From the NCBI GenBank assembly GCA_009773755.1, contig WSZJ01000008.1:9160-73159 (forward strand): DNA of 64,000 bases. The letters run 5' to 3'. The position numbers were made by a program, and so were the translations under genes. The stretch's first letter is position 1. Every line of letters starts with the position of its first letter. A model generated the notes under the pieces. It made no database searches. It saw only the letters and a list, made by a program, of their open reading frames with translations, and was not told the origin of the DNA. Positions 27,959-36,835 of this stretch are shown piece after piece. The stretch comes from Planctomycetota bacterium (lineage in GTDB: Bacteria > Planctomycetota > MHYJ01 > WSZJ01).

Positions 27959-30193
27959 CTACCGCCTGTGCGCGGCAAACAGGTCTGCAATGCCCCCGGA
28001 GTCGCCCGCGAGGAGGCGGTAGTTCCCGCTGAGAGCGAGAAGGGGCGGACTGGGGAGCAGCCGGGCCGCCTGGGCGGCTTCGTGGGCAGCCGCCGCACGG
28101 TCGCCCGTCTGGTGCAGGAGCCTCGCGAGAATGACCCGCGACACGACGTGGCCGGGAGCCTCGGAGACCAGGCGGCGCGCCAGGGGAAGCGCCGCGGGTG
28201 CGCCGCGGGATTCTTCGGTGGCGAGAACGAGCGCGAGGAAAGCGGGGGCGAATCCGGGATCGAGAGAGAGGGCTGAGGCAAATTCTTTGGCTCCCGAGGC
28301 CCAGCTTCCAGCCCGGGCGTTCAGGCGCCCTTCCATCCAGAGCCCCTCGGCGGTCGGCGCGCCGGCCTTCGCGAGCACGATGCGCGCTTCGTCCCTGCGT
28401 CCCTGTTGAAGCCGCAGCGCCGCAAGTTCGATGGCGGCGGGTCCTTCCGCTCCTTCGGTCAAGACCAGCAGCCGTGCATCCTCCGTGCGGCCGAGGTCGA
28501 GAAGGCACATCACCCGGATGTGACGCGCCTCCGGTCCCTCTTCCCATCGGACGCGCAACCGGTCGAGGTCCGCGAGGGCCGCCATCGGGAGGCCGAGCCG
28601 GTAGCGAAGGTCGGCGCGGGCGAGCCACGACGACGGGAGATCGGGGAAACCGGAGACGAGGGCGTCGCAGCGACCCTCGGCGGCGGCGAGTCCACCCCGC
28701 GTGCGCATGGCTTGAAGGGCCTCGGCTGCCAGGCGGCCGCCGATCAGCGCGGTCGCGGAAGTCTCGCGGCCTTCCGGGGATTGAATCGCCACGGCGACGC
28801 GCGCGAGACCCGCCAGCGCGCTCGCGTTGCCCGGGTCGTCACGGAGGACCGAGTCGTAGAGCACCCGGACGCTGCCGAGCAGCGCGGGGTTCGAAATCGC
28901 CTGTTCTTCGATCACCGCCGCCTGTTCGAGGGACACCTCGATGTTGTCGGCGCGCGCCTTTGCCTCCCAGGCGAAAATCCCGATCAGCGCGCTCGGCAGA
29001 ACTGCGGCAGCGGCCAGGGCGGCCGCCAGAGCGGGATTCCGCTCGGCGCGGCGGCGGATGCGCCCGAGCAGCCCGATGGGGCGGGCGCTGATCGGTTCAC
29101 CCGCCATGTAGTGCCCCAGGTCCTGCGCGAGTTCTCTCGCCGACGGATAGCGGCGCTGAGGATCCTTCTCAAGGCACTTCGAAACAATCGTCTCCAGGTC
29201 CGGGTGAACTTTCGGCGCGAGCGTGGAGAGAAGCGCCGGCTCGGAGTGAATGGTGTTGTAGACGCTTGCGGCGGCCTGGTCGGCTTCGAAGGGCAGTTTT
29301 CCTGCGACGATTTCGTAGAGGATGCAGCCGCACGCGAAGACGTCCGCGGGCGGGCCCACGATTTCCTGGAGACCGAGCGCCTGCTCGGGAGCCATGTAGG
29401 CCGGCGTGCCGAATACGTCGCCCGCGACCGTGAGTCGCGTCACCGCGGTCTTGTCCACGGCGAGGCCGAAGTCCACGACCTTCGCGTGGCCTCCTTTTGG
29501 CGTCGGAAGCACGAGCACGTTTTCGGGCTTCATGTCGCGATGCGTGATCCCCGCCGTGTGCGCCGAGCCGAGCCCCTCCGCGCACTGCCGGACCAGCTCG
29601 ATCCGGCGCCGAGTTTCGGGACCCGTCGCGCGGTGGGCAATACGGTTTCGCAGCGTCTCGCCGGGGCAGAACTCGAGCGATATGAAAACAACGTTGCCCT
29701 GCACCCCGACCTCGTACACCTGCACGATGTTGGGGTGCGCGAGCCTCGCCGCCGCCCTCGCTTCACGCAGAAACCGCTCGCGGTGGTCGTCGTGCACCGC
29801 ATGCTCCTCGTGCAGCATCTTGATCGCCGCCCACCGGCCGAGCAGGTTGTCCCACGCCTTCCAGATCGTCCCCATGCCGCCGGAGCCGATTTTTTCGAGA
29901 AGCGTGTACCTCCCGAATTCGCTGCGAGGGTCCTTCGCGGCCGCCGTGACCTCGTCCGGCACGATCCGCTTGTGGGACGTCGATACGATCTCGCCGGGAA
30001 TCCGCGTCGTCGTATTGCCCCGGTCGCGGCGGATCCGGTCGACGTCCGTGTTGCGCAGCAGCCCGGCGTGCATGAGCGCCGACAGCAGATCCCCGCCGCC
30101 CGCCGAGGAGACCTCGTGACGAACCCTGTCGAGCTCCACGGTGGAAAGCAGCCCTTCCTGCACCGCAATCTGGGCGATATCGTTGTCTTGCAT
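27959..30193 (-). CDS. Ser/Thr protein kinase with one TM segment and a C-terminal TPR-like domain
   Basis: Hanks kinase motifs GSGGMGTIWKA, AIKML, HRDMKPENVL, DFGLA and APE, then a hydrophobic segment and Ala/Leu-rich helical repeats. Confidence 0.85.
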   Translation of the reverse strand: MQDNDIAQIAVQEGLLSTVELDRVRHEVSSAGGGDLLSALMHAGLLRNTDVDRIRRDRGNTTTRIPGEIVSTSHKRIVPDEVTAAAKDPRSEFGRYTLLEKIGSGGMGTIWKAWDNLLGRWAAIKMLHEEHAVHDDHRERFLREARAAARLAHPNIVQVYEVGVQGNVVFISLEFCPGETLRNRIAHRATGPETRRRIELVRQCAEGLGSAHTAGITHRDMKPENVLVLPTPKGGHAKVVDFGLAVDKTAVTRLTVAGDVFGTPAYMAPEQALGLQEIVGPPADVFACGCILYEIVAGKLPFEADQAAASVYNTIHSEPALLSTLAPKVHPDLETIVSKCLEKDPQRRYPSARELAQDLGHYMAGEPISARPIGLLGRIRRRAERNPALAAALAAAAVLPSALIGIFAWEAKARADNIEVSLEQAAVIEEQAISNPALLGSVRVLYDSVLRDDPGNASALAGLARVAVAIQSPEGRETSATALIGGRLAAEALQAMRTRGGLAAAEGRCDALVSGFPDLPSSWLARADLRYRLGLPMAALADLDRLRVRWEEGPEARHIRVMCLLDLGRTEDARLLVLTEGAEGPAAIELAALRLQQGRRDEARIVLAKAGAPTAEGLWMEGRLNARAGSWASGAKEFASALSLDPGFAPAFLALVLATEESRGAPAALPLARRLVSEAPGHVVSRVILARLLHQTGDRAAAAHEAAQAARLLPSPPLLALSGNYRLLAGDSGGIADLFAAHRR

Positions 30194-30325
30194 CCGCGCA
30201 TAAGGTAGCGGAAGAAGGCAGGGCGTGGGAACGCGAAAAAGCAGGCGATGCCGATTTTGCCGTTTCCCTGGCCCGCCTCACGATCATCTCGCCCTCTCCC
30301 GCCCTGCCGCATACACTTCCCCGCC

Positions 30326-31348
30326 ATGCCCACAGCCCGCGAACTCGCGGCATACCTCCAGGCGGACCTGACCGGAGATCCCGACATCGAGGTCCGGGAC
30401 GTCGGCGCTGTTGACGCCGCCAAGGCGGGAGACGCCGTCTTCGCCCTCGACGCCAGGTATCTCGCGCTCGCGGAAACCGGGCCTGCCGCCCTCGTCGTCG
30501 TCCCGCGCGCCCTCTCCAGCGCCCACAAAACGCTTCTGAAGGTCGATGACGCCCGCCTCTCCTTCGCAAAACTCGTCGAGCGCCTTCGCCCCGTCGAAAA
30601 ACCCGTCCCCGGAATCCACGCCTCCGCCATCGTCTCGCGCGACGCCCGCGTCGCGAAAACCGCTTCAGTAGGGCCCTTTGCGGTCATCGAATCGGGGGCG
30701 GAAGTGGCCGACCGTGCGGTGATCGGGGCAGGGTGTCTGCTGGGGGCGAGGAGCTCTGTCGGCGCCGACACGGCGCTGGCGGCGCACGTCACGATCTCGC
30801 GCGAGTGCCTGGTGGGCGAACGCTGCGTGATTCACGCGGGGGTCGTGGTCGGCGCCGACGGATTTGGATTCACGCCCGATGCGCAGGGGCGCTACGCGAA
30901 AGTCCCGCAGGTCGGCAACGTGGTGGTCGGCGACGACGTGGAAATCGGGGCGAACACGACGATCGACCGCGCGACGCTCGGGTCGACGACGATCGGCGAC
31001 GGGACGAAGATCGACAACCTCGTGCAGATCGGCCACAACTGCCAGGTCGGGAAGCACGTCATCATGGCTTCCCAGGTCGGCATCTCGGGCTCGTGCGAAA
31101 TCGGCGACCACGCCGTGCTGCTCGGCCAGAGCGGGCTCAAGGGACACCTCAAGATCGGCGAGCGCGCCGTGGTGATGCCCCAGAGCGGCATCGCTTTCGA
31201 CGTTCCGCCGGGGCAGACGGTCTTCGGCTCGCCTGCGGTCCCTAAGGTCGAGTGCGAGCGCATCTGGGTCGCCAGCCGGAAACTGCCGGAATTGCTGAAG
31301 CGGGTCAAGGCGCTGGAGAAAAAGCTGGGGCTGGAAAAGAAGTCGTAG
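30326..31348 (+). CDS. lpxD: UDP-3-O-acylglucosamine N-acyltransferase
   Basis: The N-terminal LpxD domain is followed by left-handed beta-helix hexapeptide repeats (VGDDVEIGANTTIDRA...IDNLVQIGHNCQVG). The ATG at 30326 is preferred over the track start at 30248. Confidence 0.85.
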   Translation: MPTARELAAYLQADLTGDPDIEVRDVGAVDAAKAGDAVFALDARYLALAETGPAALVVVPRALSSAHKTLLKVDDARLSFAKLVERLRPVEKPVPGIHASAIVSRDARVAKTASVGPFAVIESGAEVADRAVIGAGCLLGARSSVGADTALAAHVTISRECLVGERCVIHAGVVVGADGFGFTPDAQGRYAKVPQVGNVVVGDDVEIGANTTIDRATLGSTTIGDGTKIDNLVQIGHNCQVGKHVIMASQVGISGSCEIGDHAVLLGQSGLKGHLKIGERAVVMPQSGIAFDVPPGQTVFGSPAVPKVECERIWVASRKLPELLKRVKALEKKLGLEKKS

Positions 31349-31351
31349 CGA

Positions 31352-32641
31352 TCAAGTCCCGCCGCCGGCCTTTACCAACTCCCGCGCCGCCGCCCTCCCG
31401 CTCCTCACCGCCCCTTCCATCGTCGCCGGGTATCCCGTGTCCGTCCACGCCCCCGCCAGTACCAGCCCCGCGTGCCGCGTCCGCGGTCCCGGCCGCATCG
31501 GCGCCGTCCCCGGGCGCGCGCTGAACGTCGCACGGTGCTCGCGCGAAATCACGAATCGCACGAGCCGCGCTTCGCTTCTGAACCGCCGCTTCAGCTCCGC
31601 GTCGCAATCCGAGGCGATCTCCTCCCCCGGCCGGTGGGCCCAGTCGCGCGCCGCGCTGATCGAGCACGAGAGGTGCTGCCCGGGCCCCGGCAACCCGGAG
31701 ATGACGCTGCGGTTGAAGACCCACTGCACCCGCGAGTCGATCATGGCGAAAAACTCGAGGGAGGTGACCGCCTTGTCGTACCAGAGATGCGCGTTGAGGA
31801 TCGGCGAGTGCTCGAGCGGCGGCGCGGACTCAGGGAAGACCTCCGCCAGGTTTTCGTGGGGAAGCGCGAGCACGCACGCTTCCGCTTCGACGGTTCCTCC
31901 GTCGGTGAGTTCGAGGACGACGCGGCCGGTTTCCGGCCGGACCTTTGTCACGGTCGCGAGGGAGCGGATCGTTCCGCCTTTTGAAGTCAGGTAGGCTTCG
32001 GCGGCCGCCGGGAAGACGGTGCCGAGGGGGGCGCGGAAGAGGCAGAAGCGGGAGAATTGCGGCCCGAGGCCCATCGCGTCGCGGAGAACCCGTGCCGCGA
32101 GGGCGGCCGAGGAACGCGCTGCGGGCTCATTGAGCGCAGGGGCGAGGAAGAAATCCCAGAAGCGCGAGATCGAAGCGGGAGACTGCCCGAGATCGTCCAG
32201 CCAGTCTGCGGAAGTGAAATTGTCGAGAGGCGCGATTTCGGCGTCGCGCATTTTCCCGATGCGGCGAAGCGCGCGCGCAACGCGCCAGCGGTCCCCGAGC
32301 GACAGAAACGGGAACGTAAGGAATGACCACGAAGACTCCGTCAGCTCGGCGACGCGCCCGTCGGGTCCGACGAACGGAATGCGGAGGCGAGGCTGGCGCT
32401 TGAGGCGGTCGAGGCAGCCCAGGCGGCCGAACAGGCCCAGAAGCTCGGTGCAGGCCTCGATCGCGATGTGCTCGCCGTTGTCGATCTCGCCGCCGCTTTC
32501 GGGATCGGGAAAGGAGGCGACCATGCCGCCGAGGCGTTTCTTGCGTTCGAGGAGAGTGACCTTCCATCCGGCGTCGGCGAGGTCGCAGGCCGCGGAAATT
32601 CCTGCGAGGCCACCCCCGGCGACGATTGCTGTGCCTTTCAT
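31352..32641 (-). CDS. hpnE: Hydroxysqualene dehydroxylase (amine-oxidase/phytoene-desaturase fold)
   Basis: Dinucleotide motif AIVAGGGLAGISAACDL, ~430 aa, positioned after the hpnC and hpnD homologues. The start could be 32641 (MKGT) or 32674. Confidence 0.7.
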   Translation of the reverse strand: MKGTAIVAGGGLAGISAACDLADAGWKVTLLERKKRLGGMVASFPDPESGGEIDNGEHIAIEACTELLGLFGRLGCLDRLKRQPRLRIPFVGPDGRVAELTESSWSFLTFPFLSLGDRWRVARALRRIGKMRDAEIAPLDNFTSADWLDDLGQSPASISRFWDFFLAPALNEPAARSSAALAARVLRDAMGLGPQFSRFCLFRAPLGTVFPAAAEAYLTSKGGTIRSLATVTKVRPETGRVVLELTDGGTVEAEACVLALPHENLAEVFPESAPPLEHSPILNAHLWYDKAVTSLEFFAMIDSRVQWVFNRSVISGLPGPGQHLSCSISAARDWAHRPGEEIASDCDAELKRRFRSEARLVRFVISREHRATFSARPGTAPMRPGPRTRHAGLVLAGAWTDTGYPATMEGAVRSGRAAARELVKAGGGT

Positions 32642-32683
32642 CGATCCTGTGGAAAACAAAACGGCATTAGCCACAGAGCTCCC

Positions 32684-32875
32684 TCATTTCCTCTTCATGA
32701 AACCCCGCACGGCCCCCACCTCGAACGCCGACAGAAGAAATGCGCAGACGAGAATCCCGAACGCCACCGGAATCCGCCAGATCGGATGCGGGTGCCAGAA
32801 CCGGAACACCACCACGCACGCCACGGCACACTGCCCCAACGCAAGCACCGCGAGGCTTCCCTTCCACGTCTTCAT
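32684..32875 (-). CDS. Small two-helix membrane protein embedded in the hpn operon
   Basis: 63 aa with two hydrophobic helices. The ATG lies 1 nt after the hpnD stop, and the stop lies 10-40 nt before the hpnE start. Confidence 0.45.
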   Translation of the reverse strand: MKTWKGSLAVLALGQCAVACVVVFRFWHPHPIWRIPVAFGILVCAFLLSAFEVGAVRGFMKRK

Positions 32876-32876
32876 C

Positions 32877-33693
32877 TCAATACGTCCACGCGCGGAACCA
32901 TGCTTTCATCACGCACAGGATTTTCGCGGGCGCCGACAAAGACACCCGCCCCGCAAAAACATCGTGCCCTCGCCGCTCGATCCGGTCGAGGATCCCCGCG
33001 TACAAGCCTCGGATCGCGAGGGGGCAGAAGCGCGCCTTGCGTTCGAGCAGGGGGAACAGGCCTTCCGAGTTCGCGAACGCCTCCCGCGCCCTGGCGACCT
33101 GGAACTTCATGAGCTCCACGAACGAAGGGGTGAGCCGGAGCGCGAGCACTTCCTCCTCGCGGACGCCGAAGCGCGCGAGATCCTCCGCCGGCAGGTAGAT
33201 CCGCCCGCGCCGCGCGTCCTCAGATCTCGACGCAGACCAGCCCGACCGCGGATGCCACCTTGCAGCAGTATCCGCGGAGGTCCGCGAACGTCGCGTACCG
33301 CGTCACCGTGAGATCCTGCTCCGCGCCGTCGATGATTTCGGCGAGGTGCTGCTTCGGGAGATTGAAGCGTTTCGCCGCGTCCGCGAGCGCGACAAACACC
33401 TCTCCCTGGGGCGCGCCGGAAAACGCCGCTTCCAGACCTCGACGGAATTCAGCGAATCGGCCCGCGCGGTCTTCGATACCCGGCTCGTCGGCAATGTCGT
33501 CGGCTCCGCGCGAGAAGGCGTAGACCGCGCACATCGCGCGGCGGCGGTCCCGCGTCAGGCCGCGAATCGGATAGTAAAAGTTCCGGGCTTCGCGGCTCGT
33601 GAGGTCTTCGCAGAACGCGTAGGCGGAGTCGACGGAGACCGCCGGCGCGGGCGCCTGGAGACGGCCTGGAGGAGAAGCGGTCGGTTGGGTCAT
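32877..33693 (-). pseudogene. hpnD: Presqualene diphosphate synthase homologue split by an internal out-of-frame deletion
   Basis: The N-terminal fragment (33220-33693) carries YAFSRGADDIADE and ends VGLVCVEI-stop. The C-terminal fragment (to 32877) resumes in another frame with SEDARRGRIYLPAEDL. The ~27-30 aa normally between these motifs (compare hpnC here: FGQDD...LQLANHWQDVGR) are absent. Confidence 0.7.
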
Positions 33694-33721
33694 TGGGTTG
33701 GCGGTCCCGATTGTACGAGGC

Positions 33722-34570
33722 CTACCCCACGAGCGCCTTCATCGCCAGCCACACCTTGGTCTTCTTCGATACCTTCGGCCGCTTCACCAGCGTATCCCAA
33801 CCCTGCTTTTCGATCGCGTCCAGGATCGCCCGGCCGCCACCCAGAAACAGCTTCACGTCGCGCTTCAGCGTGCCGCTGACGAGGTCCAGAAGGGGCTCGC
33901 CTTCATCGAAGAGCGCCCTGGCCCGGCCGACGGAGACCTTCATAAGTTCGACGAAGCCCGGTGAGGTGCGCCGCGCCACGACGTCCGCTTCCTTCACGCC
34001 GTGCGCCTCGAGATCTTCCAACGGAAGGTAAATCCGCCCTTTTTCAGCGGCGTCGCGTCCCACGTCCTGCCAGTGATTGGCGAGCTGGAGTCCGGTGCAG
34101 ATCGCGTCGGACAGCGGCCCGCGCTTCGCGTCATCCTGTCCGAACAGCCCGAGGACCATGCGGCCGACGGGGTCGGCGGAATGGGCGCAGTAGAGGCGGA
34201 GGTCGTCCCATGTTTCCCAGCGCGACTGGCGCTGGTCCATGCGATTGGCCTCGATGAGGCGGAGGAAGGGGTCCTGTCGGAGTTTACGTTCGCGAATGGT
34301 GCGGGCGAGGGCGACGAGCATGAGTTCGGCGGGTTCGCCGCCCCAGCACTTGCGGACGTCCTTTTCCCACGCGTCGAGGGCGGCAAGGCGGTCTCCCGAC
34401 GCTTCGTCTCCGATGTCGTCGGTCGTGCGGCAGAACGCGTACACGGCGAAGAAATCGCGGCGCATTTCCTTGGGCAGGAACCAGGAGCCGACGGTGAAGT
34501 TCTCGTAGTGCGAGCGCGCGAGTTTTTCGCATGCGGCGTCGCCGGCGGCGATTTTCGTGGGGCTGGACAT
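33722..34570 (-). CDS. hpnC: Squalene synthase-like enzyme (hydroxysqualene synthase)
   Basis: The ATG at 34570 (MSSPTKIAAGD) starts the gene. Motifs YENFTVGSWFLP, YAFCRTTDDIGDE and QLANHWQDVGRDAAEKGRIYLPLEDL are present. The track N-terminal extension is repeat-derived. Confidence 0.8.
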   Translation of the reverse strand: MSSPTKIAAGDAACEKLARSHYENFTVGSWFLPKEMRRDFFAVYAFCRTTDDIGDEASGDRLAALDAWEKDVRKCWGGEPAELMLVALARTIRERKLRQDPFLRLIEANRMDQRQSRWETWDDLRLYCAHSADPVGRMVLGLFGQDDAKRGPLSDAICTGLQLANHWQDVGRDAAEKGRIYLPLEDLEAHGVKEADVVARRTSPGFVELMKVSVGRARALFDEGEPLLDLVSGTLKRDVKLFLGGGRAILDAIEKQGWDTLVKRPKVSKKTKVWLAMKALVG

Positions 34571-34585
34571 CCGATGAAATGATAC

Positions 34586-34768
34586 GCGGGCAGGCGGGCA
34601 AGCGGGCGGGAAAGGCTGCGGGCGTAAGGGCTGCGGGCGGGCGGGCAGGCGGGCGGGCGAAAGGACCAGCGGGCGGGCGGGCAAGCGGGCAAGCGAAAGA
34701 AAAGACGACGTCCGAAATCCGCAGGCCGTTTTTTTTCGCCCGTCCGCCCGCTCGCCCGTCCGCCCGCG
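34586..34768. repeat. G-rich octamer (GCGGGCRR) tandem arrays in three blocks, plus one inverted C-rich block
   Basis: The G-rich blocks are at 34586-34610, 34615-34659 and 34667-34695, separated by GAAAGG-like linkers. The C-rich partner is at 34737-34768. The element lies in the divergent hpnC / peroxiredoxin intergenic region. Confidence 0.85.
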
Positions 34769-34848
34769 TACCGTTGACCTCGTCACCGCCGCTTCCTATG
34801 ATCCGCCCCTCGTATTTCCTGAAGCAACCGCTTTACAAGGAGCCCTCC

Positions 34849-35319
34849 ATGCCTCTCGCCACCGGCGCCGCGGCGCCCGACTTCACCCTCAAGGGAACCC
34901 CGGCCGACGCGGTCACCCTGTCCGCGCACAAGGGCAAGGAAAACGTCGTCCTGCTCTTCGTTCCCTTCGCCTTCTCCCCCATCTGCACCGACCAGTTCTG
35001 CGGCATGCGCGACATCTGGAACGACCTCGGCAAGATCAACGCGAAGATCTACGGAATCAGCGTCGACTCGCCTCATTCACTCAAGGCCTGGAAGGCGAAG
35101 GAAAACATTCCGTTCGAACTCCTCTCCGACTTCAACAAGGCCGTGTCCAAAGCCTACGAAGCCCAGCACGAGAAACTCGGCGACTGGGTCGGCGTCGCGA
35201 AGCGCTCCGCGTTCGTGATCGACAAGGAAGGGAAAGTCGCCATGGCCTGGGTCAGCGACGACCCGAAAGTGAAACCGGATGTCGCGGCGATCAAGGCGGC
35301 GGTGCAGAAGCTGAAATAA
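34849..35319 (+). CDS. Peroxiredoxin (AhpC/TSA family)
   Basis: AAGGAG lies 6 nt before the ATG at 34849. Motifs APDFTL and LLFVPFAFSPICT (peroxidatic Cys) are present. 156 aa. Confidence 0.85.
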   Translation: MPLATGAAAPDFTLKGTPADAVTLSAHKGKENVVLLFVPFAFSPICTDQFCGMRDIWNDLGKINAKIYGISVDSPHSLKAWKAKENIPFELLSDFNKAVSKAYEAQHEKLGDWVGVAKRSAFVIDKEGKVAMAWVSDDPKVKPDVAAIKAAVQKLK

Positions 35320-35468
35320 ACGCCGAGTTCGGCTGAGGGGCGCCGGCGGTATGCTCACCGGGCCGCGCCGTGTGCATGGGTAGATCCCGACAGGTGAACC
35401 TTCGTCGAGGGAGCATTCTGTGAAAGCAGCCGCCGCCCTGCTGCTGAGGCACTTCGGAGCAGTTCGAG

Positions 35469-36047
35469 ATGGTTTTCGACGGGACCATCTCGATCGACCG
35501 CGTCGGAGACGACGGTCACGGCGAAGGACGCATGACCTTTTCGCGGATAGACGGAAAGGTGCGGACGAGCAAAGCGGCCATCAGGATTGACCTCAACACA
35601 ATCCAGCTGAAAGGGTATTCGCTTCGCTGCATCCTCACGGAGAGGGGCAATTTCGGCCTTGAATACCCACTCTGCCCGATGGGAAGAATAGACCTGTCCG
35701 AGAATTTCCGGGACTTGTTCATGGAATTTCCAAAGTCCCCTCTCTCCGCCGGGACATCGTGGACGGCGCGGCGCAACGGACTGACCGTGGCGCTGTCGCT
35801 GAAATCTCCCGGCGAAACGGTTCTGGCCATCGAAGGCGCACCCGACCCGGCCGAAATCGAAGTTCCCTCGAAGGCGGGCGGAATCCGGACAGCGTCAGGA
35901 GCGATTCACTTCCGATTCGATCCGGATGCCGGTTTCCTGACATCGATCGAAGAGGACGTCTCCTTCGAAAGCGTGAAACAGCCCGGCCCGGACGAAGTAG
36001 TGACGAAGCGGGTCTTCCGGCGCACGCTGAACGTCGAGAGGCGCTGA
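35469..36047 (+). CDS. Hypothetical protein (192 aa)
   Basis: Only ORF with non-biased composition at this position. An in-frame stop lies just upstream of the ATG. G+C is visibly lower than in the neighbours. No motif recognised. Confidence 0.45.
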   Translation: MVFDGTISIDRVGDDGHGEGRMTFSRIDGKVRTSKAAIRIDLNTIQLKGYSLRCILTERGNFGLEYPLCPMGRIDLSENFRDLFMEFPKSPLSAGTSWTARRNGLTVALSLKSPGETVLAIEGAPDPAEIEVPSKAGGIRTASGAIHFRFDPDAGFLTSIEEDVSFESVKQPGPDEVVTKRVFRRTLNVERR

Positions 36048-36058
36048 GCGCCCGAGTT

Positions 36059-36835
36059 TCAGACGGGATTGCCTGCAGGCGAATCGGCCGGGCCTGGTGC
36101 AGGCGGCGGTGCGGTCGCCTGGGCGATCGCCTGTTGCGCTTCCCCGTCCACGATCAGCCCATCGACCATTCGCACGACACGATGTGCACGCCGCGCGAGG
36201 GACGGCTCGTGCGTGACCATAACGAAGCAGGTGCGGCGTTCCTCGGCAAGGGACCACAGCAGGTCCTGAATCTCCTGCGATGTCACGGTGTCGAGGTTTC
36301 CGGTCGGCTCGTCGCAGAAAACCACCTCCGGATTCGTCATCAGCGCCCGCGCGATCGCGACGCGCTGACGTTCGCCGCCGGAGAGGGCGCCGGGGACGTG
36401 GTGCAGGCGGCTTCCCATGCCCATGCGGTCCAGCAGCGATTTCGCGCGGCGGCGCGCATCGCCGCGCACCATCGGCCACTTCAGGATCGACGACTGGATC
36501 ATGATCGGCATGATCGCGTTCTCGAGCGCGCTGAGCTCGGGGAGGAGGTGGTAGAACTGGAAGACGAACGAAAAGGTCGAGTTGCGCATGCGCGCGCGCT
36601 CGCCGTCGCTCAGGTCGCTGTACGGCGTGCCCTTGAAGAGCACGCTCCCCGACGTCGGCTTGTCGAGCAGGCCGAGAATGTGCAGGAAAGTGCTCTTCCC
36701 CGCCCCGCTGGGACCCACGATCGCGACGACGTCGCCGGGCTCGACGGAGAGGTCGATGCCGCGCAGCACGGGAAGCGTGCGGTCGCCGATCTGGAATTCG
36801 CGGCGGATGTCGCGGGCGTCGAGGAAGCCGCTCAT
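36059..36835 (-). CDS. ABC transporter ATP-binding protein (LolD/MacB-type)
   Basis: Walker A GPSGAGKST, signature LSGGERQRVAIARAL and Walker B VVFCDEPTGNLD. The ATG at 36835 overlaps the permease stop (ATGA). Confidence 0.9.
   Translation of the reverse strand: MSGFLDARDIRREFQIGDRTLPVLRGIDLSVEPGDVVAIVGPSGAGKSTFLHILGLLDKPTSGSVLFKGTPYSDLSDGERARMRNSTFSFVFQFYHLLPELSALENAIMPIMIQSSILKWPMVRGDARRRAKSLLDRMGMGSRLHHVPGALSGGERQRVAIARALMTNPEVVFCDEPTGNLDTVTSQEIQDLLWSLAEERRTCFVMVTHEPSLARRAHRVVRMVDGLIVDGEAQQAIAQATAPPPAPGPADSPAGNPV

Noticed and set aside
28406-30208. 600-aa plus-strand ORF
   Set aside because: It is antisense to the Ser/Thr kinase gene, has biased composition and has no motifs.
34571-34848. 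N-terminal extensions of the hpnC ORF (to 34786) and the peroxiredoxin ORF (from 34531)
   Set aside because: The extensions are translations of the GCGGGCRR repeat array (ARLPARP.. / AGKRAGKAAG..). Family-typical N-termini and an AAGGAG-ATG pair define the shorter genes.
35324-35335. Hairpin GCCGAGTTCGGC after the peroxiredoxin stop as a terminator
   Set aside because: The stem is only 5 bp and is not followed by a T-rich tract.
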